Source: Escherichia coli (GTDB lineage Bacteria; Pseudomonadota; Gammaproteobacteria; Enterobacterales; Enterobacteriaceae). From it: a stretch of 64,000 nucleotides of DNA. Below, piece after piece: positions 46,601-60,953 of the stretch (position 1 is the stretch's first letter; every line of letters starts with the position of its first letter). A model generated the notes under the pieces. The model saw nothing but the letters and a program-made list of their open reading frames with translations, was not told the origin of the DNA and searched no databases. The position numbers and the translations under genes are program-made. The stretch lies in assembly GCF_030013595.1 (NCBI RefSeq), contig NZ_CP122768.1, one strand, 5' to 3'.

Positions 46601-46907
46601 ATGACTCAAGGCTATGAACTGGTTGTGAAAGGAGTCCGTAATTTTGAGAATAAAGTTACGGTAACTGTAGCCTTACAGGACAAAGAACGCTTTGACGGTG
46701 AAATTTTTGGCCTGGATGTCGCCATGGACCGTGTTGAAGGAGCTACGCTGGAGTTTTATGAGGCAGCAGCCAGAATGAGCGTCCGGCAAGTCTTCCTGGA
46801 AGTAGCAGAAAAATTGTCAGAAAAGTTGAGTCTTATCTGCAGCATCAGTACTCCTTTAAGATTGAAAATCCTGCCAATAAGCACGAGCGTCCTCATCATA
46901 AATATCT

Positions 46908-46911
<4 letters not shown>
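46601..46911 (+). pseudogene. ydfR: ydfR with a 1-nt frameshift in an A-run
   Basis: MTQGYELVVKGVRNFENKV...AEKLSEK, then the frame changes at 46821-46824. The -1 nt-corrected frame reads VESYLQHQYSFKIENPANKHERPHHKYL and stops in ATGA overlap with the endolysin start. Confidence 0.65.
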
Positions 46912-47935
<1,024 letters not shown>

Positions 47936-48296
47936 GGTAATATTAAATCGGAACATTTACATCGCGGAATGTAAAATTTAAATAAAAAGGACTCTTCCAT
48001 GAGCCAAAATTCCTGAAATCTTAAGGGTAAGATAAAAGGTCTTAATCAGAATGACACGTTTTATTAATAAATAAAGCTATTCTTTCATTGCTGTGTTTTT
48101 CTTTACAAAAGTAATCCTTGCTATGGGTGGTTAATCATGCGTTAATGGTGTTCTGGTTTGTTACAAATTTATCTGAAGCAGTCATTGTTATAATTTTATT
48201 ATTTGTACCTCTTGAGATTTCCTTGTTGGTTTTTCTCTCTGATATTTTTTTCGGACCATTCTGCCCAAGGGCTAATTTCTTCAAAAGGTAATAATT

Positions 48297-48509
48297 ATGT
48301 CTAACAAAATGACTGGTTTAGTAAAATGGTTTAACCCTGAAAAAGGTTTTGGTTTCATCACGCCGAAAGATGGCAGCAAAGATGTGTTTGTCCATTTCTC
48401 AGCAATTCAGAGCAACGATTTCAAAACATTAACTGAGAATCAGGAAGTTGAATTTGGTATTGAGAACGGACCTAAAGGTCCTGCCGCTGTTCATGTAGTG
48501 GCGCTTTGA
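48297..48509 (+). CDS. cspI: Cold-shock protein CspI
   Basis: [70 protein letters not shown]. Confidence 0.92.
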   Translation: MSNKMTGLVKWFNPEKGFGFITPKDGSKDVFVHFSAIQSNDFKTLTENQEVEFGIENGPKGPAAVHVVAL

Positions 48510-48780
48510 GGTAGACAATATTACAAACCATATTCACTTTAGATGCCCGTGTTGTCATGGTTCCCAGTATAGAACATCATCTTTTGATGTTTCTGACATG
48601 AATCCTTTCGGGGCAAAATGTATCTTTTGTAAATCAATGATGATTACATTTGATAATATTTCACAATACTTAAATGCCAGCCGTCTGTCGTTGGATTTAA
48701 AAAAGTGAAAATGAAGGCTCCTTCGGGAGCTTTTTGGCTTGGTGTCTATTCGATGGATACTCACATACTACGGTAACATC

Positions 48781-49011
48781 ATGAAAAAAATCATAGTTTT
48801 TTTTAACTCTGAACCAGCAGTGGTAGTGCCAGCGATGACTGGAGTTAACACCATCATGCGTGAATATCCAAATGGCGAAAAAACACACCTTACTGTAATG
48901 GCCGCAGGGTTTCCATCTCTGACCGGAGATCATAAAGTCATTTATGTAGCCGCGGATCGACATGTTACTTCAGAAGAAATTCTGGAAGCAGCAATAAGGC
49001 TCTTGAGTTGA
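48781..49011 (+). CDS. ynfN: YnfN-family small protein (76 aa from ATG 48781; the K-12 YnfN equivalent is the last 51 aa)
   Basis: C-terminal MREYPNGEKTHLTVMAAGFPSLTGDHKVIYVAADRHVTSEEILEAAIRLLS. Confidence 0.7.
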   Translation: MKKIIVFFNSEPAVVVPAMTGVNTIMREYPNGEKTHLTVMAAGFPSLTGDHKVIYVAADRHVTSEEILEAAIRLLS

Positions 49012-49179
49012 TTTGATGCTATTGCATTGATAATTCAGGAAAATTCTCTTTGTCTGTTTGTGTAAAATTTAGACTATCGTATGTTGATTATTGCGATGTT
49101 TCATCTTATCTTTTACACGTTTGCACCATATAATCGACTTACTGTGTAACTGGAAAGTCATAACAGACTAAAAGAGGAA

Positions 49180-49356
49180 ATGATGAATATTGAAAACTTA
49201 AAAACAAAAGCAGAAGCAGATATTTCTGAATATATAACAAAAAAAATTATTGAACTTAAGAAAAAGACCGGGAAAGAAGTTACCAGTATTCAGTTTACCG
49301 CACGGGAAAAAATGACGGGTCTTGAAAGCTATGATGTCAAGATTAATTTAATCTGA
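49180..49356 (+). CDS. gnsB: Gns-family protein (GnsB-like)
   Basis: Not in the track. (M)MNIENLKTKAEADISEYITKKIIELKKKTGKEVTSIQFTAREKMTGLESYDVKINLI. Confidence 0.75.
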   Translation: MMNIENLKTKAEADISEYITKKIIELKKKTGKEVTSIQFTAREKMTGLESYDVKINLI

Positions 49357-49507
49357 TGTATTCAATAATAAAATTTATCCATAAACCTCGTTTTTACGGG
49401 GTTTTGTTATATTTGAATGGTTCCGAATATCTAAATCACAATTGTTGATGGTTTTTATTAAACCAATGCAGTCCGGCTCAGGAGTGAGAGAAGCCGGACG
49501 TTATGGT

Positions 49508-49918
49508 TTAGCGTGGTAAGATCTGTGTAGTTTTCTGGATGCTTTCAGTAAATAGTAATGAATTATCAAAGGTATAGTAATATCTTTTTTGTTCGTGGAT
49601 ATTTGTAACCCACCGAAAAACTCCTGCTTTAGCAAGGTTTCTTCTGTATTCCTGAAATGTGATCTCTCTGGATTTCAGCTTATTAGAGGTCGTTTCTATA
49701 AGATGCCTATCCTTTGAAAATTTGACAGACACAATGTTTTTTAGGCCCTTTAATAACACTGTATTATCATTTTTTAATACAATATGAACATTCTCTGTGG
49801 CTAAATAGTAAATGTAATGTGAGACATTGTGACGTTTTAGCTCAGAATAAAACCATTGATAGTTTAAATCGTTTCGAACTTTATCAAATATTTGTTTAAA
49901 AATGACTACCTGATCCAT
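49508..49918 (-). CDS. ydfO: YdfO (DUF1398)
   Basis: [58 protein letters not shown]..., 136 aa. Confidence 0.85.
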
Positions 49919-49975
49919 AGATAAACCTTCCATGTGATATGAGGGGGCGTAGTCTGCACGATTATCTAAATTGCT

Positions 49976-50209
49976 TCAATCTGGTCTGACCTGTTTTCTG
50001 AGCAATTCAGTAATGTCACTCTTTTCTTTGTTTGCTTCAGAAGAAACTCTTTTTTCTGAGCACAGTCTCCGGCGGCAGGCTTCAATGACCCAGGCTGAGA
50101 AATTCCCGGACCCTTTTTGCTCAAGAGCGATGTTAATTTGTTCAATCATTTGGTTAGGAAAGCGGATGTTGCGGGTTGTTGTTCTGCGGGTTCTGTTCTT
50201 CGTTGACAT
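49976..50209 (-). CDS. YlcI-like DUF3950 protein (lambda right-end orf)
   Basis: MSTKNRTRRTTTRNIRFPNQMIEQINIALEQKGSGNFSAWVIEACRRRL.... Confidence 0.75.
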   Translation of the reverse strand: MSTKNRTRRTTTRNIRFPNQMIEQINIALEQKGSGNFSAWVIEACRRRLCSEKRVSSEANKEKSDITELLRKQVRPD

Positions 50210-50408
50210 GAGGTTGTCCCGTATTCAGTGTCGCTGATTTGTATTGTCTGAAGTTGTTTTTACGTTAAGTTGATGCAGATCAATTAATACGATATCTGCG
50301 TCATAATTGATTATTTGACGTGGTTTGATGGCGTAGATGCACGTTGTGACATGCAGATGATAATTATTATCATTTTGCGGGTCCTTTCCGGCGATCCGAC
50401 AGGTTACG

Positions 50409-50420
50409 GGGCGGCGACCT
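50409..50420. other. cosN cohesive-end sequence GGGCGGCGACCT; cosB extends to ~50590
   Basis: The lambda cos region is recognisable: ACGGGGCGGCGACCTCGCGGGTTTTCGCTATTTATGAAAATTTTCCGGTTTAAGGCGTTTCCG.... Confidence 0.9.
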
Positions 50421-50597
50421 CGCGGGTTTTCGCTATTTATGAAAATTTTCCGGTTTAAGGCGTTTCCGTTCTTCTTCGTTGTAACTTAATGTTTTTATTT
50501 AAAATACCCCCTGAAAAGAAAGGAAACGACAGGTGCTGAAAACGAGCTTTTGGGCCTCTGTCGTTTCCTTTCTCTGTTTTTGGCCGTGGAATGAACA

Positions 50598-51117
50598 ATG
50601 GAAGTCAACAAAAAGCAGCTGGCTGACATTTTCGGTGCGAGTATCCGTACCATTCAGAACTGGCAGGAACAGGGAATGCCCGTTCTGCGAGGCGGTGGCA
50701 AGGGTAATGAGGTGCTTTATGACTCTGCCGCCGTCATAAAATGGTATGCCGAAAGGGATGCTGAAATTGAGAACGAAAAGCTGCGCCGGGAAGTTGAAGA
50801 ACTGCGGCTGGCCAGCGAGACAGATCTCCAGCCAGGGACTATTGAGTACGAACGCCATCGACTTACGCGTGCGCAGGCCGACGCACAGGAGCTGAAAAAT
50901 GCCAGAGACTCCGCTGAAGTGGTGGAAACCGCATTCTGTACTTTCGTGCTGTCGCGGATCGCAGGTGAAATTGCCAGTATTCTCGACGGGATCCCCCTGT
51001 CGGTGCAGCGGCGTTTTCCGGAACTGGAAAACCGACATGTTGATTTCCTGAAACGGGATATCATCAAAGCCATGAACAAAGCAGCCGCGCTGGATGAACT
51101 GATACCGGGGTTGCTGA

Positions 51118-51143
<26 letters not shown>
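50598..51143 (+). CDS. nu1: Terminase small subunit Nu1
   Basis: MEVNKKQLADIFGASIRTIQNWQEQGMPVLRGGGKGNEVLYDSAAVIKWYAERDAEIENEKLRRE, near-identical to lambda. Confidence 0.95.
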
Positions 51144-54824
<3,681 letters not shown>

Positions 54825-54844
<20 letters not shown>

Positions 54845-56144
54845 TCTCCCGCATATTGCCAGCATGGCCTTTAATGAGCCGCTGATGCTTGAACCCGCCT
54901 ATGCGCGGGTTTTCTTTTGTGCGCTTGCAGGCCAGCTTGGGATCAGCCGCCTGACGGATGCGGTGTCCGGCGACAGCCTGACTGCCCAGGAGGCACCCGC
55001 GACGCTGGCATTATCCGGTGATGATGACGGACCACGACAGGCCCGCAGTTATCAGGTCATGAACGGCATCGCCGTGCTGCCGGTGTCCGGCACGCTGGTC
55101 AGCCGGACGCGGGCGCTGCAGCCGTACTCGGGGATGACCGGTTACAACGGCATTATCGCCCGTCTGCAACAGGCTGCCAGCGACCCGATGGTGGACGGCA
55201 TTCTGCTCGATATGGACACACCGGGCGGAATGGTGGCGGGAGCATTTGACTGCGCTGACATCATCGCCCGTGTGCGTGACATAAAGCCGGTATGGGCGCT
55301 GGCCAACGACATGAACTGCAGTGCAGGTCAGCTGCTTGCCAGTGCCGCCTCCCGGCGTCTGGTCACGCAGACCGCACGGACAGGCTCCATCGGCGTCATG
55401 ATGGCTCACAGTAATTACGGCGCTGCGCTGGAGAAACAGGGCGTGGAAATCACGCTGATTTACAGCGGCAGCCATAAGGTGGATGGCAACCCCTACAGCC
55501 ATCTTCCGGATGACGTCCGGGAGACACTGCAGTCCCGGATGGATGCAACCCGCCGGATGTTTGCGCAGAAGGTGTCGGCATATACCGGCCTGTCCGTGCA
55601 GGCTGTGCTGGATACCGAGGCTGCAGTGTACAGCGGTCAGGAGGCCATTGATGCCGGACTGGCTGATGAACTTGTCAACAGCACCGATGCGATCACCGTT
55701 ATGCGTGATGCACTGGATGCACGTAAATCCCGTCTCTCAGGAGGGCGAATGACCAAAGAGACTCAATCAACAACTGTTTCAGCCACTGCTTCGCAGGCTG
55801 ACGTTACTGACGTGGTGCCAGCGACGGAGGGCGAAAACGCCAGCGCGGCGCAGCCGGACGTGAACGCGCAGATCACCGCTGCGGTTGCGGCAGAAAACAG
55901 CCGCATTATGGGGATCCTCAACTGTGTGGAGGCTCACGGACGCGAAGAACAGGCCCGCGTGCTGGCAGAAACCCCCGGTATGACCGTGGAAACGGCCCGC
56001 CGCATTCTGGCCGCAGCACCACAGAGTGCACAGGCGCGCAGTGACACTGCGCTGGATCGTCTGATGCAGGGGGCACCGGCACCGCTGGCTGCAGGTAACC
56101 CGGCATCTGATGCCGTTAACGATTTGCTGAACACACCAGTGTAA
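54825..56144 (+). CDS. C: Head maturation protease / scaffold gpC
   Basis: GTG at 54825 gives (M)TAELRNLPHIASMAFNEPLMLEPAYARVFF..., 439 aa as in lambda. Confidence 0.92.
55539..56144 (+). CDS. nu3: Scaffold protein Nu3 (nested in-frame within C)
   Basis: Internal ATG at 55539 gives 201 aa, matching the lambda Nu3 length and nested arrangement. Confidence 0.75.
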   Translation: MDATRRMFAQKVSAYTGLSVQAVLDTEAAVYSGQEAIDAGLADELVNSTDAITVMRDALDARKSRLSGGRMTKETQSTTVSATASQADVTDVVPATEGENASAAQPDVNAQITAAVAAENSRIMGILNCVEAHGREEQARVLAETPGMTVETARRILAAAPQSAQARSDTALDRLMQGAPAPLAAGNPASDAVNDLLNTPV

Positions 56145-56153
56145 GGGATGTTT

Positions 56154-56486
56154 ATGACGAGCAAAGAAACCTTTACCCATTACCAGCCGCTGGGCAACAG
56201 TGACCCGGCTCATACCGCAACCGCGCCCGGCGGATTGAGTGCGAAAGCGCCTGCAATGACCCCGCTGATGCTGGACACCTCCACCCGTAAGCTGGTTGCG
56301 TGGGATGGCACCACCGACGGTGCTGCCGTTGGCATTCTGGCGGTTGCTGCTGACCAGACCAGCACCACACTGATGTTCTACAAGTCCGGCACGTTCCGTT
56401 ATGAGGATGTGCTCTGGCCGGAGGCTGCCAGCGACGAGACGAAAAAACGGACCGCGTTTGCCGGAACGGCAATCAGCATCGTTTAA
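56154..56486 (+). CDS. D: Head decoration protein gpD
   Basis: [43 protein letters not shown]..., 110 aa. Confidence 0.93.
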   Translation: MTSKETFTHYQPLGNSDPAHTATAPGGLSAKAPAMTPLMLDTSTRKLVAWDGTTDGAAVGILAVAADQTSTTLMFYKSGTFRYEDVLWPEAASDETKKRTAFAGTAISIV

Positions 56487-56541
56487 CCTTACCCTTCATC
56501 ACTAAAGGCCGCCTGTGCGGCTTTTTTTATGGGATTTTTTT

Positions 56542-57567
56542 ATGTCGATGTACACAACCGCCCAGCTGCTGGCGGCAAATGAGAAGAAATTTAAGTTTGA
56601 TCCGCTGTTTCTGCGTCTCTTTTTCCGTGAGAGCTATCCCTTCACCACGGAGAAAGTCTATCTCTCACAAATTCCGGGACTGGTAAACATGGCGCTGTAC
56701 GTTTCGCCGATTGTTTCCGGTGAGGTTATCCGCTCCCGTGGCGGCTCCACCTCTGAATTTACACCGGGATATGTCAAGCCGAAGCATGAGGTGAATCCGC
56801 AGATGACCCTGCGTCGCCTGCCGGATGAAGATCCGCAGAATCTGGCGGACCCGGCTTACCGCCGCCGTCGCATCATCATGCAGAACATGCGAGACGAAGA
56901 GCTGGCCATTGCTCAGGTCGAAGAGATGCAGGCAGTTTCTGCTGTGCTTAAGGGCAAATACACCATGACCGGTGAAGCCTTCGATCCGGTTGAGGTGGAT
57001 ATGGGCCGCAGTGCGGCGAACAACATCACACAGTCCGGTGGTACGGAGTGGAGCAAGCGTGACAAGTCCACGTATGACCCGACCGACGATATCGAAGCCT
57101 ATGCGCTGAACGCCAGCGGAGTGGTGAATATCATCGTGTTTGATCCGAAAGGCTGGGCGCTGTTCCGTTCCTTCAAAGCCGTCAGGGAGAAGCTGGATAC
57201 CCGTCGCGGCTCTCATTCCGAGCTGGAGACAGCGGTAAAAGACCTGGGCGAAGCGGTGTCCTATAAGGGGATGTATGGCGATACGGCGATCGTCGTGTAT
57301 TCCGGACAGTACGTGGAAAACGACGTCAAAAAGAACTTCCTTCCGGACAACACGATGGTGCTGGGGAACACTCAGGCACGCGGTCTGCGCACCTATGGCT
57401 GCATTCAGGATGCGGACGCACAGCGCGAAGGTATTAACGCCTCTGCCCGCTACCCGAAAAACTGGGTGACCACCGGCGATCCGGCGCGTGAGTTCACCAT
57501 GATTCAGTCAGCACCGCTGATGCTGCTGGCTGACCCTGATGCGTTCGTGTCCGTACAACTGGCGTAA
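56542..57567 (+). CDS. E: Major capsid protein gpE
   Basis: MSMYTTAQLLAANEKKFKFDPLFLRLFFRESYPFTTEKVYLSQIPGLVNMALYVSPIVSGEVIRSRGG..., 341 aa. Confidence 0.95.
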   Translation: MSMYTTAQLLAANEKKFKFDPLFLRLFFRESYPFTTEKVYLSQIPGLVNMALYVSPIVSGEVIRSRGGSTSEFTPGYVKPKHEVNPQMTLRRLPDEDPQNLADPAYRRRRIIMQNMRDEELAIAQVEEMQAVSAVLKGKYTMTGEAFDPVEVDMGRSAANNITQSGGTEWSKRDKSTYDPTDDIEAYALNASGVVNIIVFDPKGWALFRSFKAVREKLDTRRGSHSELETAVKDLGEAVSYKGMYGDTAIVVYSGQYVENDVKKNFLPDNTMVLGNTQARGLRTYGCIQDADAQREGINASARYPKNWVTTGDPAREFTMIQSAPLMLLADPDAFVSVQLA

Positions 57568-57608
57568 TCATGGCCCTTCGGGGCCATTTTCTCTCTGTGG
57601 AGGAGTCC

Positions 57609-58004
57609 ATGACGAAAGATGAACTGATTGCCCGTCTTCAGGTGCTGGGTGAGCAACTGAACCGTGATGTCAGCCTGACGGGGACGAAAGAAGAACTGGT
57701 GCTCCGTGTGGCAGAGCTGGAAGAGGAGCTTGATGACACGGATGACGCTGCCGGTCAGGACACATCTGTCAGCCCGGAAAATGCGCTGACCGGACATGAA
57801 AATGAGGTGGTATCAGCGCAGCCGGATACCGTGACTGATACGGCTGATCTGGTCACGGTTGTGGCACTGGTGACGCTGCATACTGATGCACTTCACGCCA
57901 CGCGGGATGAGGCTGTGGCATTTGTGCTGCCGGGAACGGCGTTCCGTGTCTCTGCCGGTGTGTCAGCTGAAATGACAGAGCGCGGCCTGGCCAGAATGCA
58001 ATAA
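57609..58004 (+). CDS. fi: DNA-packaging accessory protein FI
   Basis: MTKDELIARLQVLGEQLNRDVSLTGTKEEL..., 132 aa. Confidence 0.9.
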   Translation: MTKDELIARLQVLGEQLNRDVSLTGTKEELVLRVAELEEELDDTDDAAGQDTSVSPENALTGHENEVVSAQPDTVTDTADLVTVVALVTLHTDALHATRDEAVAFVLPGTAFRVSAGVSAEMTERGLARMQ

Positions 58005-58015
58005 CGGGAGGCGCT

Positions 58016-58369
58016 GTGGCTGATTTCGATAACCTGTTCGATGCTGCCATTGCCCGCGCCGATGAAACGATACGCGGGTACATGGGAACGTCAGCCACCA
58101 TGACATCCGGTGAGCAGTCCGGTGCTGTGATACGTGGTGTTTTTGATGACCCTGAAAATATCAGCTATGCCGGACAGGGCGTGCGCGTTGAAGGCTCCAG
58201 CCCGTCCCTGTTTGTCCGGACTGATGATGTGCGGCAGCTGCGGCGCGGCGACACGCTGACCATCGGTGAGGAAAACTTCTGGATAGACCGGATTTCGCCG
58301 GATGATGGCGGAAGCTGTCATCTCTGGCTTGGGCGGGGCGTACCGCCTGCCGTTAACCGTCGCCGCTGA
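58016..58369 (+). CDS. fii: Head-tail connector FII
   Basis: (M)ADFDNLFDAAIARADETIRGYMGTSATMTSGEQSGAVIRGVFDDPENISY..., 117 aa. Confidence 0.92.
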   Translation: MADFDNLFDAAIARADETIRGYMGTSATMTSGEQSGAVIRGVFDDPENISYAGQGVRVEGSSPSLFVRTDDVRQLRRGDTLTIGEENFWIDRISPDDGGSCHLWLGRGVPPAVNRRR

Positions 58370-58380
58370 AAGGGGGATGT

Positions 58381-58959
58381 ATGGCCATAAAAGGTCTTGA
58401 GCAGGCCGTTGAAAACCTCAGCCGTATCAGCAGAACGGCGGTGCCCGGTGCCGCCGCAATGGCCATTAACCGCGTTGCTTCATCCGCGATATCGCAGTCG
58501 GCGTCACAGGTTGCCCGTGAGACAAAGGTACGCCGGAAACTGGTAAAGGAAAGGGCCAGGCTGAAAAGGGCCACGGTCAAAAATCCGCAGGCCAGAATCA
58601 GGGTTAACCGGGGGGATTTGCCCGTAATAAAGCTGGGTAACGCGCGGATTGTCCTGTCCCGACGCAGGCGTCGTAAAAAGGGGCAGCGTTCAGCCCTGAA
58701 AGGTGGCGGCAGCGTGCTTGTGGTGGGAAACCGTCGTATTCCCGGCGCGTTTATTCAGCAACTGAAAAATGGCCGCTGGCATGTCATGCAGCGTGTGGCC
58801 GGGAAAAATCGTTACCCCATTGATGTGGTGAAAATCCCGATGGCGGTGCCGCTGACCACGGCGTTTAAACAGAATATTGAGCGGATACGGCGTGAGCGTC
58901 TTCCGAAAGAGCTGGGCTATGCGCTGCAGCATCAACTGAGGATGGTAATAAAGCGATGA
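58381..58959 (+). CDS. Z: Tail completion protein gpZ
   Basis: 192 aa, MAIKGLEQAVENLSRISRTAVPGAAAMAINRVASSAISQSASQVARETKV.... Confidence 0.92.
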   Translation: MAIKGLEQAVENLSRISRTAVPGAAAMAINRVASSAISQSASQVARETKVRRKLVKERARLKRATVKNPQARIRVNRGDLPVIKLGNARIVLSRRRRRKKGQRSALKGGGSVLVVGNRRIPGAFIQQLKNGRWHVMQRVAGKNRYPIDVVKIPMAVPLTTAFKQNIERIRRERLPKELGYALQHQLRMVIKR

Positions 58960-59351
58960 AACATACTGAACTCCGAGCAGCCGTACTGGATGCACTGGAG
59001 AAGCATGACACCGGGGCGACGCTTTTTGATGGTCGCCCCGCTGTTTTTGATGAGGAAGATTTTCCGGCAATTGCCGTTTATCTCACCGGCGCTGAATACA
59101 CGGGCGAAGAGCTGGACAGCGATACCTGGCAGGCGGAGCTGCATATTGAAGTTTTCCTGCCTGCTCAGGTGCCGGATTCAGAGCTGGATGCGTGGATGGA
59201 GTCCCGGATTTATCCGGTGATGAGTGATATCCCGGCACTGTCAGATTTGATCACCAGTATGGTGACCAGCGGCTATGACTATCGGCGCGACGATGATGCG
59301 GGCCTGTGGAGTTCAGCCGATCTGACTTATGTCATTACCTATGAAATGTGA
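58956..59351 (+). CDS. U: Tail terminator gpU
   Basis: 131 aa, [54 protein letters not shown].... Confidence 0.92.
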   Translation: MKHTELRAAVLDALEKHDTGATLFDGRPAVFDEEDFPAIAVYLTGAEYTGEELDSDTWQAELHIEVFLPAQVPDSELDAWMESRIYPVMSDIPALSDLITSMVTSGYDYRRDDDAGLWSSADLTYVITYEM

Positions 59352-59358
59352 GGACGCT

Positions 59359-60099
59359 ATGCCTGTACCAAATCCTGTAATGCCGGTGAAAGGGGCCGGG
59401 ACCACCCTGTGGGTTTATAAGGGGAGTGGTGACCCTTATGCGAATCCGCTTTCAGACGTTGACTGGTCGCGTCTGGCAAAAGTTAAAGACCTGACGCCCG
59501 GCGAACTGACCGCTGAGTCTTATGACGACAGCTATCTCGATGATGAAGATGCAGACTGGACTGCGACCGGGCAGGGGCAGAAATCTGCCGGAGATACCAG
59601 CTTCACGCTGGCGTGGATGCCCGGAGAGCAGGGGCAGCAGGCGCTGCTGGCGTGGTTTAATGAAGGCGATACCCGTGCCTATAAAATCCGCTTCCCGAAC
59701 GGCACGGTCGATGTGTTCCGTGGCTGGGTCAGCAGTATCGGTAAGGCGGTGACGGCGAAGGAAGTGATTACCCGCACGGTGAAGGTCACCAATGTGGGAC
59801 GTCCGTCGATGGCAGAAGATCGCAGCACGGTGACGGCGACAACCGGCATGACGGTGACACCCGCCAGTGCTTCCGTAGTGAAAGGGCAGAGCACCACGCT
59901 GACCGTGGCATTCCAGCCGGATGGCGCAACCGACAAGAGCTTCCGTGCGGTGTCTGCGGATAAAACAAAAGCCACCGTGTCGGTCAGTGGTATGACCATC
60001 ACCGTGAAAGGTGTTGCTGCAGGCAAGGTCAACATTCCGGTCGTATCCGGTAATGGTGAGTTTGCTGCGGTTGCAGAAATCAACGTCACCGCCAGTTAA
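59359..60099 (+). CDS. V: Major tail tube protein gpV
   Basis: ATG at 59359, [50 protein letters not shown]..., 246 aa with C-terminal Ig-like domain. Confidence 0.93.
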   Translation: MPVPNPVMPVKGAGTTLWVYKGSGDPYANPLSDVDWSRLAKVKDLTPGELTAESYDDSYLDDEDADWTATGQGQKSAGDTSFTLAWMPGEQGQQALLAWFNEGDTRAYKIRFPNGTVDVFRGWVSSIGKAVTAKEVITRTVKVTNVGRPSMAEDRSTVTATTGMTVTPASASVVKGQSTTLTVAFQPDGATDKSFRAVSADKTKATVSVSGMTITVKGVAAGKVNIPVVSGNGEFAAVAEINVTAS

Positions 60100-60114
60100 T
60101 CCGGAGAGTCAGCG

Positions 60115-60537
60115 ATGTTCCTGAAAACCGAATCATTTGAACATAACGGTGTGACCGTCACGCTTTCTGAACTGTCAGCCCTGCAGCGTATTGAGCATCT
60201 CGCCCTGATGAAACGGCAGGCAGAACAGGCGGAGTCAGACAGCAACCGGAAGTTTACTGTGGAAGACGCCATCAGAACCGGTGCTTTTGTGGTGGCGATG
60301 TCCCTGTGGCATAACCATCCGCAGAAGACAAAGCTGCCTTCCATGAATGAAGCCGTTAAACAGATTGAGCAGGAAGTGCTTACCACCTGGCCCACAGAGG
60401 CAATTTCTCATGCTGAAAACGTGGTGTACCGGCTGTCCGGTATGTATGAGTTTGTGGTGAATGATGCTCCTGAACAGGCAGAGGACGCCGGGCCTGCAGA
60501 GCCTGTTTCTGCGGGAAAGTGTTCGACGGTGAGCTGA
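60115..60537 (+). CDS. G: Tail assembly chaperone gpG
   Basis: 140 aa, MFLKTESFEHNGVTVTLSELSALQRIEHLALMKRQAEQAESDSNRKFTVEDAIRTGAF.... Confidence 0.92.
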   Translation: MFLKTESFEHNGVTVTLSELSALQRIEHLALMKRQAEQAESDSNRKFTVEDAIRTGAFVVAMSLWHNHPQKTKLPSMNEAVKQIEQEVLTTWPTEAISHAENVVYRLSGMYEFVVNDAPEQAEDAGPAEPVSAGKCSTVS

Positions 60538-60953
60538 GTTTTGCCCTGAAACTGGCGCGTGAGATGGGGCGACCCGACTGGCGCGCCATGCTTGCCGGGA
60601 TGTCATCCACGGAGTATGCCGACTGGCACCGCTTTTACAGTACCCATTATTTTCATGATGTTCTGCTGGATATGCACTTTTCCGGGCTGACGTACACCGT
60701 GCTCAGCCTGTTTTTCAGCGATCCGGAGATGCATCCGCTGGATTTCAGTCTGCTGAACCGGCGCGAGGCTGACGAAGAGCCTGAAGATGATGTGCTGATG
60801 CAGAAAGCGGCAGGGCTTGCCGGAGGCGTTCGTTTTGGCCCGGACGGGAATGAAGTTATCCCCGCTTCCCCGGATGTGGCGGACATGACGGAGGATGACG
60901 TAATGCTGATGACAGTATCAGAAGGGATCGCAGGAGGAGTCCGGTATGGCTGA
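60115..60953 (+). CDS. T: Tail assembly chaperone G-T fusion made by programmed -1 frameshift
   Basis: The T frame (track ORF 60519..60953) has no independent start context. The slippery heptamer lies at 60513-60519, as in lambda. Confidence 0.85.
60513..60519 (+). other. Programmed -1 ribosomal frameshift slippery site GGGAAAG (G/GT)
   Basis: The heptamer G GGA AAG is in the G frame near the G stop, identical to the known lambda site. Confidence 0.85.

Noticed and set aside
50499-51079. 179- and 120-aa minus-strand ORFs over cosB/nu1
   Set aside because: They are antisense to the lambda cos region and nu1.
55011-56213. Multiple antisense ORFs within gpC/nu3
   Set aside because: This is GC-rich lambda head-gene DNA. 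The sense-strand genes are near-identical to lambda.
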